Shown here: positions 17,401 through 25,948 of the stretch, piece by piece
Layout of the letters: the number at the start of each line of letters is the position of its first letter
Numbering within the stretch: the stretch's first letter is position 1
The notes under the pieces: model-generated
The model's database searches: none
What the model saw: the letters and a program-made list of their open reading frames with translations, nothing else
Told to the model about the DNA's origin: nothing
Position numbers and translations under genes: made by a program
Assembly: GCA_964431425.1 (NCBI GenBank)
Contig: CAYSKY010000001.1
Span: 1 to 32,645 of the forward strand
From: an uncultured Burkholderiales bacterium
Lineage (GTDB): Bacteria > Pseudomonadota > Gammaproteobacteria > Burkholderiales > Usitatibacteraceae
Length of the DNA stretch: 32,645 bases
Direction: 5' to 3'

Positions 17401-20400
17401 TCGAGACACGTTGTGCGCCGTGAGCCGCAACCGCGGACACCATGAAACGGAAATACTCTTCGCGGAGCGCGCGATACTGGGACCAGGTTGTCAACTCATC
17501 GTGGGTCCATGCGCGGTGAAATAGTCTCAATGCCGGCTGGAGAGCATGGAGCAGGACCTGGCCTTCCATGAATTCGCCCCGGATCGCACTGCCCCAGACA
17601 TTCGCCACGAGCACAAGCATCCTTTCGAATAGCACACCTGCGGCACGGCGTGTCTCGTTGCCGCTCGGCACGGCCACAACGGGGTCGACAGGGCGCCCAA
17701 GCGACGAGAGCAGGCGATTTAGTTTGATGCGAATCGCAAAAGTGTGCAGGCTGTTTAACTGGTTGAATTCGTGGCTTACCTCAGCCAATGGCGGCTGCCC
17801 GCGTTGCGCGACGCTATCGGCAAAATCGCTTTCGCCTCGCATCCTCAGCAGTGCTTCGGCAGCAACGAGTCGCGCCGCCGACTCATTGTCGTCAGCCGGC
17901 AGAGAGGCGACAAATACGTCGAGCTCACGATCGACCGGAAGTACGCTGGAAAGCGACGTTGCGCATTGCCGGGCCAACAATGGACGCAGATGGATATAGG
18001 CTTTGCGCTGCTCAATTTCGTCGATGAATTTCTCGTACAACGTGCGATCGTCCCGCTCAATCAAGGCTAGCCCGGTTTGCCACACGAGGTTTTCGTGCAA
18101 CCGCTGCTCCGCGTCCTCTTGCCGTTCAAAGTGCGCTGGCTCCACTCGTATACTCTCGATGGCGCCGAACAGCTTGTCCAGCGGCCTGAAGTAGTGCGCG
18201 ACATCGCACCATTTTTCGAGGATGCCTTCAGCATTTCCGTCATGGGCCGACGAAGCATCTGCTCCGGTAATCAAATCAAGCGGCTCACATTTTTCGAACA
18301 GCGCGCTAGCAGCGTTGATTGCACCAACGCTCGCCATTTTCAGACAGAGCTCAAGAGCATCCGACGTACCAATTCGAAGCGCATCGTGTTTCACGGCATG
18401 CGAAAGTGCAGCATCGGCGCCGTCCAAAAGCATGATCAGGTTGGCGAGGTTGTGCTCCGCCATCGCACCGCCACGTTCGCCTAGCTCGTGTTCGAGAAGC
18501 CAGGTGCGCACGATTGCAAGGCCATCCTGGGTCTTGCCAGCCGCCTGCAGAACCAGATCAAGGTCTTCGCGAATTAATCCGAAGGATCGGGACGCAAAAA
18601 ACTGTTCGCGAAAGAACGATTGCGAACCCAGCGAAATCACGGCGGCGAATTCGTTGGCCTGAAAAAGGTGATAAAGCCGCTCCCAGCGTATCGGCGAACC
18701 CTTGTCAGCTCTATCGCATAGCACAGCCAGTTTCTTCTGCAACTCGATCTCGCGCTCGCCGGCATCCTGCGTCACCAGGTCGTTACGCGTGGTTTGAAGC
18801 AAAAACTGCTTAAAGCTATTGTGGAAGAAACGCCAGTAGTTGGGTCCGGGTTTCTCAAAATAGTGGTGCGCGTCGCGGCGAAATTCTTCGAGCGCTTGAT
18901 CCGTGAATACGCTTCGCAAAAGACGTAGATCCACACCATCCCGAAGGCGGCAGACCAGCGCACATATCTCCTTGGTTTGGAATGATCGTATCGCTAACCA
19001 GAACGTACGGTAGTCTGTTTCGATGTCACCGCTAAAGGTGTCCGCATTGGCTAAGACGTCGTTGCGTTCGCTGTCGGTGCCACACGCCGTCAGCTTTTCG
19101 ATGAGATAGGACAATGCCAGTGGGTGCCCGGCGGAGAGCTCATGAAGACGCTCATGGGAGCTTTCCCCATCTATTTTCCCCACCCCTGCGGCGTCGACTA
19201 TTGAATAGACGGCTTCACGTGAAAGCCGTTGCATTTGGATGGTCCGACCCTCGGCCTCGAGCTGCGCTCGAATGCGTGGACTAAGGCCTTCGAGGTCAAG
19301 GGTCTGAGAGCCACAAATAATTAACACACCGGGTGGAAGCGCATCCAGAGTGGGCAGTTCCTCAATGAGAGAGCGCACCGGATTCTGTTCGCGTTGAATG
19401 TGGTCGAGACCGTCGATCAGCAAGAGCGTTTTTATACTTCGCTCTTTCCATTGCCTACCAAGCTCGGCCAATTGCTCGAAGAAGGCCTCTTTGAATTCTT
19501 CCGGCGTCGCAGGAAAAGCTTTGGTTCGTTCAAGCTGATCGATTCCGGCTGTTCGCAGCATGAGAAACAAATCATGCCAAAACTGTCCAGCTTCACCGCG
19601 GCCCTGGAGGGGATCGTTTCGCACATAGGCGTAATACTTGATTACCCGTAACCCTGGCTTGTACCTAAACGTGTGGGTCAAAGTGGTGGACTTGCCCGCG
19701 CCAGGCGAGCCAAGCAACGCAAGGTAGCCCCTGTCCAAGCGCCCCACCAGATCTTCCAGGGCTTGCACGGTTCCGGCGATGGGCCGATAGAGCATCTCGG
19801 ACACGGGAAATTCGTGTCGAAAGCGAAGCCGGAAACGTTCTGTCCAACCCAATTGCTCGAGTAGCTCCGCTCTCGAGAATTCAATCTTGCGTACAGGATT
19901 GGCGACGCTCGTAAAGAGAAAATCGGCCAATTGCCGCAAATCCGTAATTCGACGTCCCAACTGGGATGTCGAACCGTTTATCGGATCCTGATAGCCGAAA
20001 TGGCAAGTGAAGCTCTCGAAGAATCCATCGAAATCGGTCCCGATCCCCGACTTTTGTCGAAGCGCTTCCACAGCGTTGTCGAAAGATGCAGTTTGTTTCG
20101 GAAACCCTTGGCGCCCGAGATCAAACGCTCGTACAAACTCGTTGAAAGAACGCTTTACGCCGTCGTCCCCAATTGGGACAAAGGCGTGAACTGACGGATA
20201 TTCGTTGGTGATGAGGTGAACCCGAACGGTTCGTCCAGGATACCTCGCTGAGATATCCCTCCATCCTAATGCAAGACCGGCAACAAGCGAGGTTTGCGCG
20301 CGGCCATCTTTGTCGGCAATGAGTTGATTGAATGAATACAAGCCAGGTTTATCCGTCCACTTGACTTGATAGGCATCGACAGAATTGGCCGTGACTATTT

Positions 20401-20632
20401 GTATGTCATCGGCACTTCCTGCATTTGGATCAGCAAGACGAATGGACTCCAGGTCGCCATCGAGTAAGCGGTCGTAGATCAACCCCGCACCGACCGCATA
20501 CTGCGTCCGGAAACCCATGGCCGCTGCGCGCTCGCCATCGCCCGAAGGGCGCCGAACGGTCGATCTGCTAGTCACGTGCCTGGCCCATTCTTTATCGCCA
20601 CCATTTACCGCTTCTCGAACTCGGCTAGCCAC
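14435..20632 (-). CDS. Giant STAND-type P-loop NTPase with an N-terminal Cap4/DUF4297-like PD-(D/E)xK nuclease domain and ~1600 aa of helical repeats (Avs/NACHT-like architecture)
   Basis: This is the longest ORF in the window.
- The N-terminus GFRTQYAVGAG...DDIQIV...AYQVKW fits a D...QxK nuclease.
- Walker A is GSPGAGKST at nt 19685-19711.
- LLLIDGLDH is Walker B-like, followed by VLIICGSQT.
- The rest is Leu/Ala-rich helical sequence.
- The start is uncertain: GTG 20632 (28-nt overlap with the upstream gene) or ATG 20518. Confidence 0.7.
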   Translation of the reverse strand: MASRVREAVNGGDKEWARHVTSRSTVRRPSGDGERAAAMGFRTQYAVGAGLIYDRLLDGDLESIRLADPNAGSADDIQIVTANSVDAYQVKWTDKPGLYSFNQLIADKDGRAQTSLVAGLALGWRDISARYPGRTVRVHLITNEYPSVHAFVPIGDDGVKRSFNEFVRAFDLGRQGFPKQTASFDNAVEALRQKSGIGTDFDGFFESFTCHFGYQDPINGSTSQLGRRITDLRQLADFLFTSVANPVRKIEFSRAELLEQLGWTERFRLRFRHEFPVSEMLYRPIAGTVQALEDLVGRLDRGYLALLGSPGAGKSTTLTHTFRYKPGLRVIKYYAYVRNDPLQGRGEAGQFWHDLFLMLRTAGIDQLERTKAFPATPEEFKEAFFEQLAELGRQWKERSIKTLLLIDGLDHIQREQNPVRSLIEELPTLDALPPGVLIICGSQTLDLEGLSPRIRAQLEAEGRTIQMQRLSREAVYSIVDAAGVGKIDGESSHERLHELSAGHPLALSYLIEKLTACGTDSERNDVLANADTFSGDIETDYRTFWLAIRSFQTKEICALVCRLRDGVDLRLLRSVFTDQALEEFRRDAHHYFEKPGPNYWRFFHNSFKQFLLQTTRNDLVTQDAGEREIELQKKLAVLCDRADKGSPIRWERLYHLFQANEFAAVISLGSQSFFREQFFASRSFGLIREDLDLVLQAAGKTQDGLAIVRTWLLEHELGERGGAMAEHNLANLIMLLDGADAALSHAVKHDALRIGTSDALELCLKMASVGAINAASALFEKCEPLDLITGADASSAHDGNAEGILEKWCDVAHYFRPLDKLFGAIESIRVEPAHFERQEDAEQRLHENLVWQTGLALIERDDRTLYEKFIDEIEQRKAYIHLRPLLARQCATSLSSVLPVDRELDVFVASLPADDNESAARLVAAEALLRMRGESDFADSVAQRGQPPLAEVSHEFNQLNSLHTFAIRIKLNRLLSSLGRPVDPVVAVPSGNETRRAAGVLFERMLVLVANVWGSAIRGEFMEGQVLLHALQPALRLFHRAWTHDELTTWSQYRALREEYFRFMVSAVAAHGAQRVSTLAAAIEEYWHDSATQNYWSQSLMRTLSLEFWRRGDAQENLARRLKFIATLHSADEGPTEQFDSYFEQSKAWALAGNTDAARIELASAFSHTFGIYHDEDSQLLDWTRWLLRLSKSNPALAASKVEFFLPAISSLVNGHRGSSIQQAATTLIRTGYQSSPDLGARIRKTLLHAQVLEHCAGVEGLALGLLDADVKNVHLVAPIIAALLVPFNANLASEISQALFTRAEELNAKNFAADLAEFLSEVINTKEFPSHRKAWFRGMAAGLREGGPAKEAAQKRCENSWEAPERTSDKPIVLADGGSLSESEIVARIATFADLKALIGQTQRVTYLPWDRVLADKLEGMTNDELMALPELLGKLGSTRALFATTSKIILARGERELAGRAALEAFGRSEPGGWLHQYDGGARIETARCLLEIDAEKWRPFLLNALVEDYRASYRGARERITGLEDFESFLFQAVPIEALWGEIEQHFLELNEFKHTPRQRLLSSDRPSQAACAIVVDAVVALLGSRVNELAMEAQTCLLDLLVTGNRTEILACIAKHLVYDGNSDGVVYLLCALNLSAGMLDADFSVLVPNLRLLESHADFGVRRQARQLLAMVDANSSPTTIAKTELPPIYNMSLPPLATSQRAVTAAMVTPGEPLPDLGDAFEIVAPFDSEIRALAEQIDVQFEVLLERCMQIMHRLAPVTLWNADAEGKLREQLNSLDIKLAFRRPRTSLVYRAIRHIIGELVDAKKLSARSFHAWLLARIADPLIIRPDVRPPFIPLSIPHQRSECAEWAKHENMNELQFVSHPESQFAIIGEVTVIAGYDWTHARERRKLELCFAEAHHNHSLDTAGVARRRVLEAYRSWYASDYPDRLGPRPDLTAVIRGTPLLAVAGQDEWLAANPVMCRKLDWIPDEHGLFRWRDSTGKLMVESVYWQDGPVDREGPRFDDRCGKGWLVVASAEGYSRVLELGAGCSERSTIARSYREDGVEISNTREFERLVT

Positions 20633-23196
20633 ATGAGCAATGTGTCCACGTCTTTTGCGAGTACCGTTGGTTCCGGTAACTCCATCGGTGTCTCGTCCGG
20701 TGCTTTGTGTTCAGTGGTCGAGTAGCGCGTCATGAGATCGTCAATCAAATCAACGTCACTCTGAAGTATTTTGGTCAGTCTCGCCAACTTCCCTTTGGTT
20801 TTAATATCGAGTCGATAACGGCCGACGATATTGTCGAGTAACACATATTCAACGACCGACTCAACCAGAATACGGAAATCGCTGCAGGCCGCCTTGAGAT
20901 TTTTGTCGTATTGGTCCATGTCGCCAGCCTTAAGCGCCTTCGATATAGCTGGCATCTCGTGGTCGCGGATCCTCGCAAGGCCCTGCTTAGGCTTTGATTG
21001 GCGCGGCGGCAGAGAACCGATGTTGCCAGACAATCCGCCCGTCCGTAACACTTGGTGGGTCACTACTCTGAGCTTAAATAACTTCCCTTCTTTTTTCGCT
21101 AGATTTTCCAACGTCTCGCGGGCCTCTTCCAGCGCCGCCAGCAGGGACAGTCGATGGGTAAACACAATCACTTGTCGCGACTGTGCCAATTCGGCCAGTC
21201 GTTCCGCGACTCGCGCTTCAAAGCGGTGATCCAATGAGGAAATTGGGTCGTCGAAGATAAATGGGGTCGACCGGCCCGATGCAAGGATATCGGCGAGAAA
21301 TGCGGCCATTGCGACAATACGCATTTCTCCTTCGCTTAGTACTTCCGGCACCGGTGCGCGCTTTTTCGCACCCTTCAGCGCCAAATGGAATGACACCTTG
21401 CCTTTGCCCTCATTGAGAGAAGCCGGAACGACAGGAATGGTACCGCCGCCGAGCTTGGCGAGTTCCTCGGTAAAGCGCGATTGATGTGCCTCAGCGAGCT
21501 CCTTGGAGGCCAATTCATTTTTCTTTCCCGTGAGGGCATGAGTACGTGCAAGCGCCTCTGCGGTTGCCAACTGGCTGATGGAAGCCAGACGCTTTACCTC
21601 GGCCTCAATTGCAGTCTTGTTTTGCGACAGCCATTCCTTGGCTCGCAATTCTGCAAGTCGCTTTTCTTTTTGTGCGCGACCGCCTTCGGTCTTGAGTGCG
21701 TTTAGAGAGCTCTCTTCAGCAACGACAGCCGCAGATCTTTTCTCAAGTGATGCGTCGATTTCGGACCAATCGAGAAGCGGCAGTGCAGAAATCGTTATGC
21801 CTGGCACCACCAGCGCGGCACGTGCCGCCAAAGCGGCGTGAATGGTGCTGTCGTTGCCGGTTTCCACCTCAGCTGCGACTAATCTCAAACTCCAATCCTG
21901 CAAAGTCGGGATAGCAAGAAAGCCCTTCTCCAATTGTGTGAGTTCGCTCGCTGCCTTGACGGCTTTCGCTTCCAGACCGCCCTTTATAAACGATTCAAAA
22001 GACTTCAATCGCTCCTTCGCCGCCTCGTCAAGCGGCTGTTGGCACAATACACAGGCAGAACCGTCATGAATGGCGGGAAACGTCATGCCTGGATAAGCGC
22101 CATGTGTCGAATATGCGCGAGCCTCCTCCCACATCCGTCGCCACGTGTCGCTTCCAACCTCCGGCAGCGCCGCCCCTGCAAAGACTTTTTCAGCATTCTC
22201 GGTAGCCGCCTTTCGAGAGGCGACGGCATCGACACGCTTGTCCCGCAAACCAGTCAGTTGTTCGTCGGAATACGACTGCTTGAGTTGAGCGACCGTATCC
22301 TTGAGGGCTGTGAGTTGAATCTTCAGTCTAGCAATTTCTTTTAACCGGTTGTCTATATTTCCCTGCTGAAGAGCGCTTTCCGTTGAGATTCGCTCGGCGT
22401 TCTCCTCGGCCGAATAGGAACAGGCCGCGTCGATGATGGCCTGTTTGGGTCCCGTATTCAAACGCGACAGGAAAATATGCGCCGGCGTTGCTATATAGGC
22501 AGGCGGCATCGTGGGCAACGCGGATACCAATGCGCTCTTCCGCTTCTGAAGCTCTCTGACGACTTCGTCACAGACATCGATCAACGTTGACAAGAGTCGA
22601 AGCCGGCGCGGCTCGTAAGTGGCTTCCCGTTTGGTGTTCACATACGATCCGGCCACCAGTACATCGAACACGTGTGCGTGCCTCAAGGGATCCACCGGTC
22701 CCTCGGTTAAGGTCCAATTATGGGGCGTCAGCGCCCCGTCCAGTGCATACGATATTTCGGCGCGAATCGTGGTCTTGTCGTCGGAAAAGACGTTTGAATG
22801 AAGTGTGTGTTTGACCTTGGCCCCACAAACCTCCTTCAAAAGCCGGGAGAAGCCAGTCTTTCCCGCGCCGTTGGCCCCATAGATCACGGTCATTTCGGCA
22901 TCGGCAAAACTGAGCGATGCGTCATGTCTGAGTGCATTGACTCCTTGAACGCCTGACAATTGTTCAAGGCGAAGCAACGGGCCGGTTTCAGCCGCATCAA
23001 ACGATCCCTTGGCCCCGACCGAAAAAGTCTTTGGCAACTGATTCATCGCCTCGGCGAAGCAGGTGTCCGCATACGCACCGATTTCCTTGGCGCTTGGAAA
23101 CGCGGGCGCAGCATGAAGGTGGTGCATTGCTGCCTGCATCCATTTGGGCCTCTCCCCGAGCCACTGATCAAATCCTGCATTGGGTCCGTTCGTCAT
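20605..23196 (-). CDS. AAA_13-family ABC/Rad50-like ATPase with a CxxC zinc hook, RloC/PrrC-like; first gene of operon Y
   Basis: - Walker A is GANGAGKT at nt 22855-22878.
- The central coiled-coil-like region contains CVLC at nt 22042-22053.
- Also seen: LSEGEMRIVAMAAFLA, FIFDDPISSLD and QVIVFTHR.
- The C-terminal tail carries FRILVES...STTEHK.
- The ATG at 23196 is preceded by AAGGGAAGG. The track extension to 23361 has no support. Confidence 0.7.
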   Translation of the reverse strand: MTNGPNAGFDQWLGERPKWMQAAMHHLHAAPAFPSAKEIGAYADTCFAEAMNQLPKTFSVGAKGSFDAAETGPLLRLEQLSGVQGVNALRHDASLSFADAEMTVIYGANGAGKTGFSRLLKEVCGAKVKHTLHSNVFSDDKTTIRAEISYALDGALTPHNWTLTEGPVDPLRHAHVFDVLVAGSYVNTKREATYEPRRLRLLSTLIDVCDEVVRELQKRKSALVSALPTMPPAYIATPAHIFLSRLNTGPKQAIIDAACSYSAEENAERISTESALQQGNIDNRLKEIARLKIQLTALKDTVAQLKQSYSDEQLTGLRDKRVDAVASRKAATENAEKVFAGAALPEVGSDTWRRMWEEARAYSTHGAYPGMTFPAIHDGSACVLCQQPLDEAAKERLKSFESFIKGGLEAKAVKAASELTQLEKGFLAIPTLQDWSLRLVAAEVETGNDSTIHAALAARAALVVPGITISALPLLDWSEIDASLEKRSAAVVAEESSLNALKTEGGRAQKEKRLAELRAKEWLSQNKTAIEAEVKRLASISQLATAEALARTHALTGKKNELASKELAEAHQSRFTEELAKLGGGTIPVVPASLNEGKGKVSFHLALKGAKKRAPVPEVLSEGEMRIVAMAAFLADILASGRSTPFIFDDPISSLDHRFEARVAERLAELAQSRQVIVFTHRLSLLAALEEARETLENLAKKEGKLFKLRVVTHQVLRTGGLSGNIGSLPPRQSKPKQGLARIRDHEMPAISKALKAGDMDQYDKNLKAACSDFRILVESVVEYVLLDNIVGRYRLDIKTKGKLARLTKILQSDVDLIDDLMTRYSTTEHKAPDETPMELPEPTVLAKDVDTLLMWLAEFEKR

Positions 23197-23544
23197 GGTG
23201 CCTTCCCTTGCTTGCCTGCCTACGCATGGACCCTCAACAATCGACAATTCGACCGAAAGAAAAAAAACTTCGCATGAGCGCTTCAAGCCCCCATTCGTAT
23301 TGGTCACTTCGCGAGATGCATGCCAAATACAGACGGCGTGCCTCTCGGATTTAGCGCGCATTTCGGGGGTCTGTCTACTACCCGCGCAGGTGGGTTTTGC
23401 CGCTCTGGCTTGTGAACATTCGTCCTGGTTGGCATAGCCAACTCAGACGGCGGGCAGGGAGGAATTCAGGGGGCTGTCGTGCGGCTATCCCATGGCTCAA
23501 GATGGACTCTGAAGTCACTGTTTGCAAGATGTTCATACCGAGTG

Positions 23545-25917
23545 TCACTTGTTCGCTGGCAAGCCGTCGATGTGGCCGGTCTTCAAGCAATTCGCAAACG
23601 CTTGCCCGTCAACCAGCTTGAAACCATAACTGTCAGCGTCCTCAATTGCCTTTGGTGTAAATGTTGATGTGGTAACGATCATCCCACATGTTCCGGAAGG
23701 GAACCGGAGCAAGCTGCCGGCGAGCTCACGAATGATGTTTGGTCCGACTGTTCGTGCGGAGGCATAGCATTTGCACTGTATCGCCCAAACCACATCCTGT
23801 TTTTCATCGTGCGCAAAGATATCGATTCCTCCATCGCCATTCCTGGAAGCGGCTTGATGAATGACACGAAATCCCATTTGCTTCATCAATGCGGCAACGT
23901 CTTTCTCAAAATCAAACCACGCGGATCGCGACCCGGCCGGCGCTTTCTGAAGAGTTCGATACAGGATGGCGGTTGCTGAGCGACTTCGATATATCCGTTG
24001 CCGCAAAGGCGCGGCAGGATCGCCTCGTCTGTGCGGACGAACGAAGGTATAACCTCTGGGCACACCAAATCCATAGCGGGCAGCCAGTAACATTTGGGTT
24101 GCGGTGGCATTTTCTGCTTTTCGCAAATGCCCCTCGACGTCGTGTGGCGATCGATGTGGCGAGTCTCCCGTTTCTCGAAGAAACGCCGTCACATCCGGCT
24201 GGTAATATCGGACTCGTGGCAGGTAAATAATCGACAGTGCTTCATTGGTGGAACAGCGAACGCCTTTTGCGGGCTTAGAAGAAAACTGGGCATGGCGATC
24301 CTCCACAACGAGAAAATCTCTGACCACAGAGGCGACCACCAGGACAAGCGCCAAGGCGGCATGCGCGTTTTCTTCGACGGTTTTCTCGTCGGCGTCGGCC
24401 CGCAGGATTTGCGGCGGACTGTATTGCCCCGTGGAGATATTGACGGGAATCATCAGGAATCTCTCTTGGGAGTCCCGGAAAATACCCGCGAACTCCCCTT
24501 CGATCTCGTATAGGTCGAGATACTTCAGGGTCCCAATGTTCACCTGGACACGCGCACCCCATGGCGCGCTCCACTGGCGATTCTCTCGGGCTTCCGTCAA
24601 AAGCCCTCGAATCGCTTCATCAGCGTCCGCTTCCGTGCAGGCCAGTTTCACGTCCGCCATCTCCTTATACAGAGCGAGTCTGGGAACATGCATGTCTCGG
24701 CCAGTGACAAAATTCCCCAAATCAAATAGCTCCTGAAATTCGAAATCAATCCAATAGTCGCTTGCTTGTTCTCCCAACGCGACGGGATCAATGTCGATGT
24801 ATCGCACGACAAAGTCACCGTCTCCCACGCGACCATCCAGCCAAGGTCGACGCTGACCGCATTTCGTGGACTCAGGGCTAAGTATTGCTGTCCAAAGTAA
24901 CTCTCGCACCACCCACTTGATAGGTTCGACCACAACCGGATGGGTATAGGAGCGCAGGACACCATGGACTAAATCGCCCAGTTTCTTGGCGTCCGGGAGC
25001 GCAGCTATCACCAATGCCAATTGATCGGAAATCGTATTCGTCGAAGTGGTGACACATCGAACAACCTCGTCAAAAAACGGCATTGTCGCCGGAGCGTTCG
25101 TTCGAGCTTCTGCGTTTACATAAACGCCATTCGAGAACTGGGTATCGCGTAAATCTTCTAGCGCGATTGCAAGGGTCTTGAGTTGACCATCATAGTGACG
25201 CGCCCATCGAGCGCGCATTTTGTCCCGTATAGACAAGTCGGCGTGCCAGTTCGATTTGGGATCGAGCATAAGCAACCAGTAAGCAAGCTCGTCGTCTCGG
25301 ACCAAGGATTTTTCGTGATCCTCCCACTTGAGCATGACTCGAAATGCCTCGAGCATGTCCGGATGCTCGGGATGCTTTGTGAAGTCGGCTAAATAGAAAG
25401 GGCTAAGTTGACCTCCAAAGCTGACGGAGAATGCGGCACGACCACGTTCGGCAACGGCCCGGACAAATGCACTGTCGGGGCTAACGAAGATCCTTGGAGA
25501 TCGTTGGCCACGAATGACGAGAGTGAAACTGACCAATGATCCGGCGCGATGGGGCCAGTTCCAAGTAACAACGCCGGTCATATTCAAACGTGCAGCCCGG
25601 AAATTCGTTTCATCGAGAGCGTGCAATATGGCGACGGGAGTGCCGTCTGCCGCAATCGTCCAGACCCCCCGAAACTTTGAGGTTCCCACCAAATTGCGCG
25701 ATAGGGCAATCAACTCTCCGTCCGTGATGGGCGATTGCGGACATTTTTCGAGTGGTGCCGAAGGGCATTTCACTCGTTCGATGATTTCTTCCACCCAACA
25801 ACCTTTCGGCTCGTATAGCTGAAGCAAGTTTGCGCGCCCCGCCGACTCCTGGCAATTGAGGCGACGTATTAATTCATGATGGCGACAAGCGAATACCTGA
25901 TCTGTGAGTGCTTTCAT
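23545..25917 (-). CDS. Large protein with a C-terminal Mrr-type (Mrr_cat) restriction endonuclease domain and an uncharacterised ~660-aa N-terminal region; third gene of operon X
   Basis: The last ~126 aa (nt ~23548-23925) are FEKDVAALMKQMGFRVIHQAASRNGDGGIDIFAHDEKQDVVWAIQCKCY...GMIVTTSTFTPKAIEDA, giving the D...QxK layout of Mrr_cat. I recognise nothing in the N-terminal 660 aa. I prefer the ATG at 25917 to the TTG at 25932. Confidence 0.7.
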   Translation of the reverse strand: MKALTDQVFACRHHELIRRLNCQESAGRANLLQLYEPKGCWVEEIIERVKCPSAPLEKCPQSPITDGELIALSRNLVGTSKFRGVWTIAADGTPVAILHALDETNFRAARLNMTGVVTWNWPHRAGSLVSFTLVIRGQRSPRIFVSPDSAFVRAVAERGRAAFSVSFGGQLSPFYLADFTKHPEHPDMLEAFRVMLKWEDHEKSLVRDDELAYWLLMLDPKSNWHADLSIRDKMRARWARHYDGQLKTLAIALEDLRDTQFSNGVYVNAEARTNAPATMPFFDEVVRCVTTSTNTISDQLALVIAALPDAKKLGDLVHGVLRSYTHPVVVEPIKWVVRELLWTAILSPESTKCGQRRPWLDGRVGDGDFVVRYIDIDPVALGEQASDYWIDFEFQELFDLGNFVTGRDMHVPRLALYKEMADVKLACTEADADEAIRGLLTEARENRQWSAPWGARVQVNIGTLKYLDLYEIEGEFAGIFRDSQERFLMIPVNISTGQYSPPQILRADADEKTVEENAHAALALVLVVASVVRDFLVVEDRHAQFSSKPAKGVRCSTNEALSIIYLPRVRYYQPDVTAFLRETGDSPHRSPHDVEGHLRKAENATATQMLLAARYGFGVPRGYTFVRPHRRGDPAAPLRQRIYRSRSATAILYRTLQKAPAGSRSAWFDFEKDVAALMKQMGFRVIHQAASRNGDGGIDIFAHDEKQDVVWAIQCKCYASARTVGPNIIRELAGSLLRFPSGTCGMIVTTSTFTPKAIEDADSYGFKLVDGQAFANCLKTGHIDGLPANK

Positions 25918-25948
25918 GTGGCGGCCCCACAAACGGACCGCGCTGGCA

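Noticed and set aside
23250-23290. Intrinsic terminator for operon X (T8 run on the minus strand at 23260-23267).
   Set aside because: The preceding sequence forms only a ~3-bp stem, and the run lies about 280 nt beyond the stop codon. I note it only as weak support for separate transcription units.
23197-23361. N-terminal extension of the AAA_13 ATPase ORF (track start at 23361).
   Set aside because: The extension has non-protein-like composition (MRAKSERHAVCIWHASREV...). The internal ATG at 23196 has a strong AAGGGAAGG RBS-like sequence.
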